Assembly: GCF_009914755.1 (NCBI RefSeq)
Contig: NC_060927.1
Length of the DNA stretch: 64,000 bases
Source: the human T2T-CHM13v2.0 reference genome, Homo sapiens
Strand: one strand, 5' to 3'
Below, one piece after another: positions 58,823-64,000 of this stretch (position 1 is the stretch's first letter; each line of letters starts with the position of its first letter). Both the position numbers and the translations under genes were made by a program. The notes under the pieces were generated by a model. That model searched no databases, was not told the DNA's origin, and saw only the letters and a list, made by a program, of their open reading frames with translations.

Positions 58823-60038
58823 AAGGAGTCATCAGTGATCAGAAAGTGGCTAAGTTTCCTTAGCCTCCCTCATATTTTTTCTCTTCTTCAGGATTTTCAA
58901 CCTCCTCACATCCCTAACTTTCTTACCCAAGCCTCAGCAATATAATGGTCTTTGGCTCTAGCTATCAGCAATAGCTGCAAGAGCACAAATGATCCCTTCC
59001 TAGTCCTCTAAAGTGTCAACCTCCATTCTTCAGTGCTTCTGAATCTAGCATAAGACCAAGCTTTCCGTCCGGCCCACCGGAAGGCAGTGGCTGCGCCGGC
59101 ACCTCCCCGGCTCTGGCCTTCTAATGTCTCACACACAGAGGCTCTGCTCTAAGGCCAACACTTCTGGCTCTCTCATCTTGGCCACATTTGGCCCACCCAT
59201 GTTGACTGCTTTCTCGTGTGTGATTCAGGGAAACAGCTCCATAGCCTCAAACGTTAATATCTGAAGATTTAGATCCCAGGCATTGTGGTGGTGTGCACAC
59301 CTCTAACCTCATTTAATTAGGCACAGATGACCACATTATGCAACTTCCCAACAGCTTTCTCCATCTACCCGTGCTAGTCCAGCACCTCAGACCACATTTA
59401 CCCCAAAGTATCTAACAGGCCACACTATAAAAGATTTTAGCTTTCAGTCAGACAAATAGCTTTCAGTCAAAACGATTAGACTGAGGTGGTAGAAGCTCAC
59501 CAAAAGGGGAAAGGGAGTTTCCCAATAACATGTACGTTTGCTGGCCCTAGCAGTCTCAGAGGCCTGTCAGCCTGCAGGTCCCGTTCCAAGCACAGGGCAT
59601 GCCAAGAGCAGCCCACTGAGAGCAGAGGAAGAGGGCTCAAACATTTGGGACCCAGACAATATATTTAGGAGGTATGGCTCCAATAGGGAGGGAGGAGGAA
59701 AACCACGTTCCGGGCATCTCCCTGTCTATCCAAATACACTTGCATAATGTGCACTTGGAGGAACCAAGCAGATGGGCTTCAGCACAGACTTCACTGCCAC
59801 ACCACACCAGGGAGAATAAGTTAGACAGAAACAGGCAGCATTCCCAAAGAGAGAAGGCTGACGCAGAAAAGTTCAAAGATGAGACTATGTAACACTGGGT
59901 AACACAGGAAAACACTAACTTCAGCTGTTTCAAAGACAGACAGGATTCCAAGCCAAAGCTTGTATGACCAGATTTAAGAGTAAGAACTGCGCTTCAAAGA
60001 AGAGTTAGAAATGTCGTTGTCATAGGCGATCAGGATAA

Positions 60039-60446
<408 letters not shown>

Positions 60447-62163
60447 TGATCCAAGTTTTAAGAACCAAGGTAGTCCTGCTGTGCAGGCAATGATTCTAGC
60501 CTCTGACCCTCAGGCGGAAAACTAGGTGTTACCAGAAAGTGTTTAGGGAGTGGACTATGAGATGCTCACAGTCCTAGCAGAGGCAAGGAAAGAGAAAATG
60601 TGGTTTTCTTAGCTGAAAACACTAAAATTCCACCCCCACAAGGGGTATTTATGAGTGACAGGGGTGGGGCCTGGACATAAGCAATTTTCCCCTGGATCTA
60701 GCCACAGGATTACTGATGGGTGATGATCTGCTAGGCCGCGTAGCTAAGCAGCTAAGGAGACAGGAGGCCAGGGCTTTAAAAGTTAGAGCATGCTCAACAG
60801 CAAGTGCTAAGCATTAGCATTCTTTGATTTGAAAGTCAAGTGTTGAATCCCCCCGGGCAAGCCAACAAGGCAGATGGAACCACAACCACCAGGCGTGTGT
60901 GAGAAGTGGGGAGAAAACCTACCACACTCTTGTCACGTGAGGGTATGCTCTGTGGCTTGCTGGAGGAGCAGCAGAGGGAGGTCCCTGCCAGCTGCAGCTC
61001 TCAGAGGAAAAGAAAGATGTGGAGCACTGGTTCCAGGGAAGAATGTTCTGAAGAGGGACAGAGGTCAAGGTGATAAGGCTGTTGCTTTAGAAAGGAAGGT
61101 GTTTCCTATGCTTTTGCCTTTACATTCTGTGCAAATCTCTCTAATATGGCTATGACCAAAATGGATTAACATCAAGTTCCAACAGCAGACATTTACAAAG
61201 TATCCTTTGTAAAAGGCTAGGTAATATTAATAGCATTCAAATAGGAGTAGCAGGGCCAGGCACTTACTCCCAGTAGGAAACTAATCTCAATCGACTTGGT
61301 ATAGGATTGAGTATTGTCCCGCTCCTCTCCTCATCATTGTAACTCTAAAAGTGTTCCTTCCTTCGAAGGTAGATGGCACGAAAGAGACTGACAAAAGCTC
61401 CCAAAGAACTGGGTCACAGAGTTTTCTGAGAAGATGAACACAGCAGAAACACTGCAGTTGATGCCATGGGTCTGCTTCCATCCCCATCAGTGTCTTCATG
61501 GACCCCATTGGGTCCAACAAGAAACTCCTCAGGGAGTAAGAAAAGTTAGGTTCAGATCTCCTTCCCGCAGCCACAATGACACTGGTGACAGCAGTACGTT
61601 CAGGGGATTTGTGACTGTAACTCTGCTTTTCGCTTTTCCTTAAGGAAATCAAAATTAAGATATTTCTCCACAAATTACCCATCAGCGTGGCTCATTTCGT
61701 GAAGGACTTGGCAAGCCACATAGCTTCAGAACGGAAGGCAAATGCTATAGTATACCGGGAAGAAAAGGCCTCTGCGTATTACACTACCTCCTTCTTCTGC
61801 CCACTCCTCAGGGGCAAAAAATTAGTTCTACATTTGAAAGACGAATTTTTTAAAAAATTAATGAAAATGACAATTTCCCTGTTGAGATCACGTGAACATA
61901 AACAGTGAAACAAAGCCCTTGGGGGGGGGTAAATGGATGCAGAGCAGGCTTCTAAGGTGCAGTCCCCCTCCTTCGTGTGGGTGAGTGATGTCACTTGCAG
62001 GACAGGCTGTTTGGGTTCCCCCAGTCCTAGGTCTTCTTTCCCCAGTTGTCTTTCCTTTGTAGCTGTCCTTAGGTTTAGTGTTGGGGTCACAATTTGGAAT
62101 TCAACAGAGAGCTTCTGAAGGTAATGGGACAGAAAGGGAGGACAGGAAAGGAGGGAGGAAACA

Positions 62164-62412
<249 letters not shown>

Positions 62413-62971
62413 CTACTTAATCATCACTGAAGCATCTAGGACTGGGATAGTCTATGCTGTACTATTTATTTAAGGGTTCTCCCCTGCTGTCATCACCCGG
62501 GAAATTCCCCATTCTTCCTCAATAATCTAGTCTAGGATTATTCTAATTTATCCAAACACCTTCACAGACAGATCCTTCCTGATATCTAACCTAGGACTCA
62601 CTTGCTCAATCTTTTATTTGGTTGAAAAGACTGCTACTCCTCAAAGACAGAATTCCCACCTTACCTGGGGTTCCTGCTGCAGCTACTTGTAGTGGAGGCT
62701 GCTTTCTTTTTATTGTTCTTTATTCTTTCCTTTCCTTCTATCTAAAATCATACCACAGATAAAAGCTGGGCAAGGCGACTTGCTTATCTTGTCACCAGAC
62801 TTTAAGGTTGAGAGAGAGCTGGCAAAATTATCTAGGAGAATGTGTAACGTCTTTCTGTAAAGATTTCAAAAACCTTGCTGGGGACAGTTGAAAGATAGTT
62901 CTGCCCAGATAAGGGGATAGACTAGATAACTTCTCAGTGTCGATGCCCCTTCCTGCTCAATGATTCTGTCA

Positions 62972-63211
<240 letters not shown>

Positions 63212-64000
63212 CTAGATAAAGAAATAACTCTTCTGAGAAATAATGCTCATCCTAAACTTCTCTACCATAAGAGAACGAAAAAACATGGCTCAAGCACTCA
63301 ATTGACACTGTTTTCAGTCTAGAATTTTGCTTTGCTTTAATCTACCCCACTCTCAGCATAATAACAGATAAGATATGCTGTGGATGCACACACAAGAAGT
63401 GGTAATTCTAATATTGTGGGCATTTGGGAATAAACTAAAAATATAGGCTATACCCAGTAACAGGCACGTAGCCAAATAAAGTCAGAGTTTTAAAGATAAA
63501 ACATAAACTTGGAACATAAACATGCGCAGCATGGCCCGAACCTCATTCCAGACGGAGATACAGAGGCAGCTAAAAGATCACTGCACAATACTGCCAAGAA
63601 TAAACTAATTACAATAGATTGAAAGAGAAAATACTAGATCTTTTACTTAATTAATCTGCTTATTGTACTGGATTTTTCCCCTCTATCACTGGCTTATTCT
63701 ATTATTTTAAATGAATTGTGTTTTTTGCTTTTTGTTCCTTTAGTATTTTAAGGTCCATTTACTCATTTGCAAAATGATGATACTCGTTGGTCTTACCAAC
63801 TTTGCTAAAGATAAGGAAAATGGTATAAACCCTCCGGTGGAAGGGAAGGGAGTATTTAGTCAAATGAGAAGTATCCTTGGCCAGGCACAGTGGCTCATGC
63901 CTGTAATACCAGCACTTTGGGAAGCCGAAGTGGGAGGACTGCTTGAGGCCAGGAACTCGAGAGCAGCCTGGACAACATAGCAAGACCTCATCTCTACTAA

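Noticed and set aside
61200-61208. Perfect U12 donor GTATCCTTT on the plus strand
   Set aside because: Antisense to PCYT1A and past the SLC51A poly(A) signals; no exon or matching branch site seen, so probably chance.

Overview
Mammalian, Alu-dense DNA, recognisable as human 3q29 from three genes. ZDHHC19 (minus strand; 7 coding exons at 21853-34790 plus a probable 3' UTR exon) splices to 930 nt, giving a 309-aa DHHC palmitoyltransferase. SLC51A/OST-alpha (plus strand; 9 coding exons at 40188-56675) splices to 1023 nt, giving 340 aa. The last two exons and long 3' UTR of PCYT1A lie on the minus strand. ZDHHC19 and SLC51A are head-to-head; SLC51A and PCYT1A converge. Positions 1-21000 look intergenic (Alu, L1, MIR, MLT1 and scattered enhancer-like motifs). 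Most entries in the ORF track are Alu- or microsatellite-derived noise. The most notable observations are: a U12-type (minor) intron in ZDHHC19 with a degenerate donor and a G-rich minisatellite next to its branch point; a strong-Kozak out-of-frame upstream ORF overlapping the ZDHHC19 start; a TSD-flanked retrocopy of an mRNA 3' end that places a sense poly(A) signal in SLC51A intron 2; two FXR-type IR-1 elements flanking an AP-1/ARE site; and an unexplained inverted repeat pair with a perfect 19-bp core 2.3 kb apart. I found no convincing wholly novel biological system. Repeat boundaries and subfamily calls were made by eye and are approximate.
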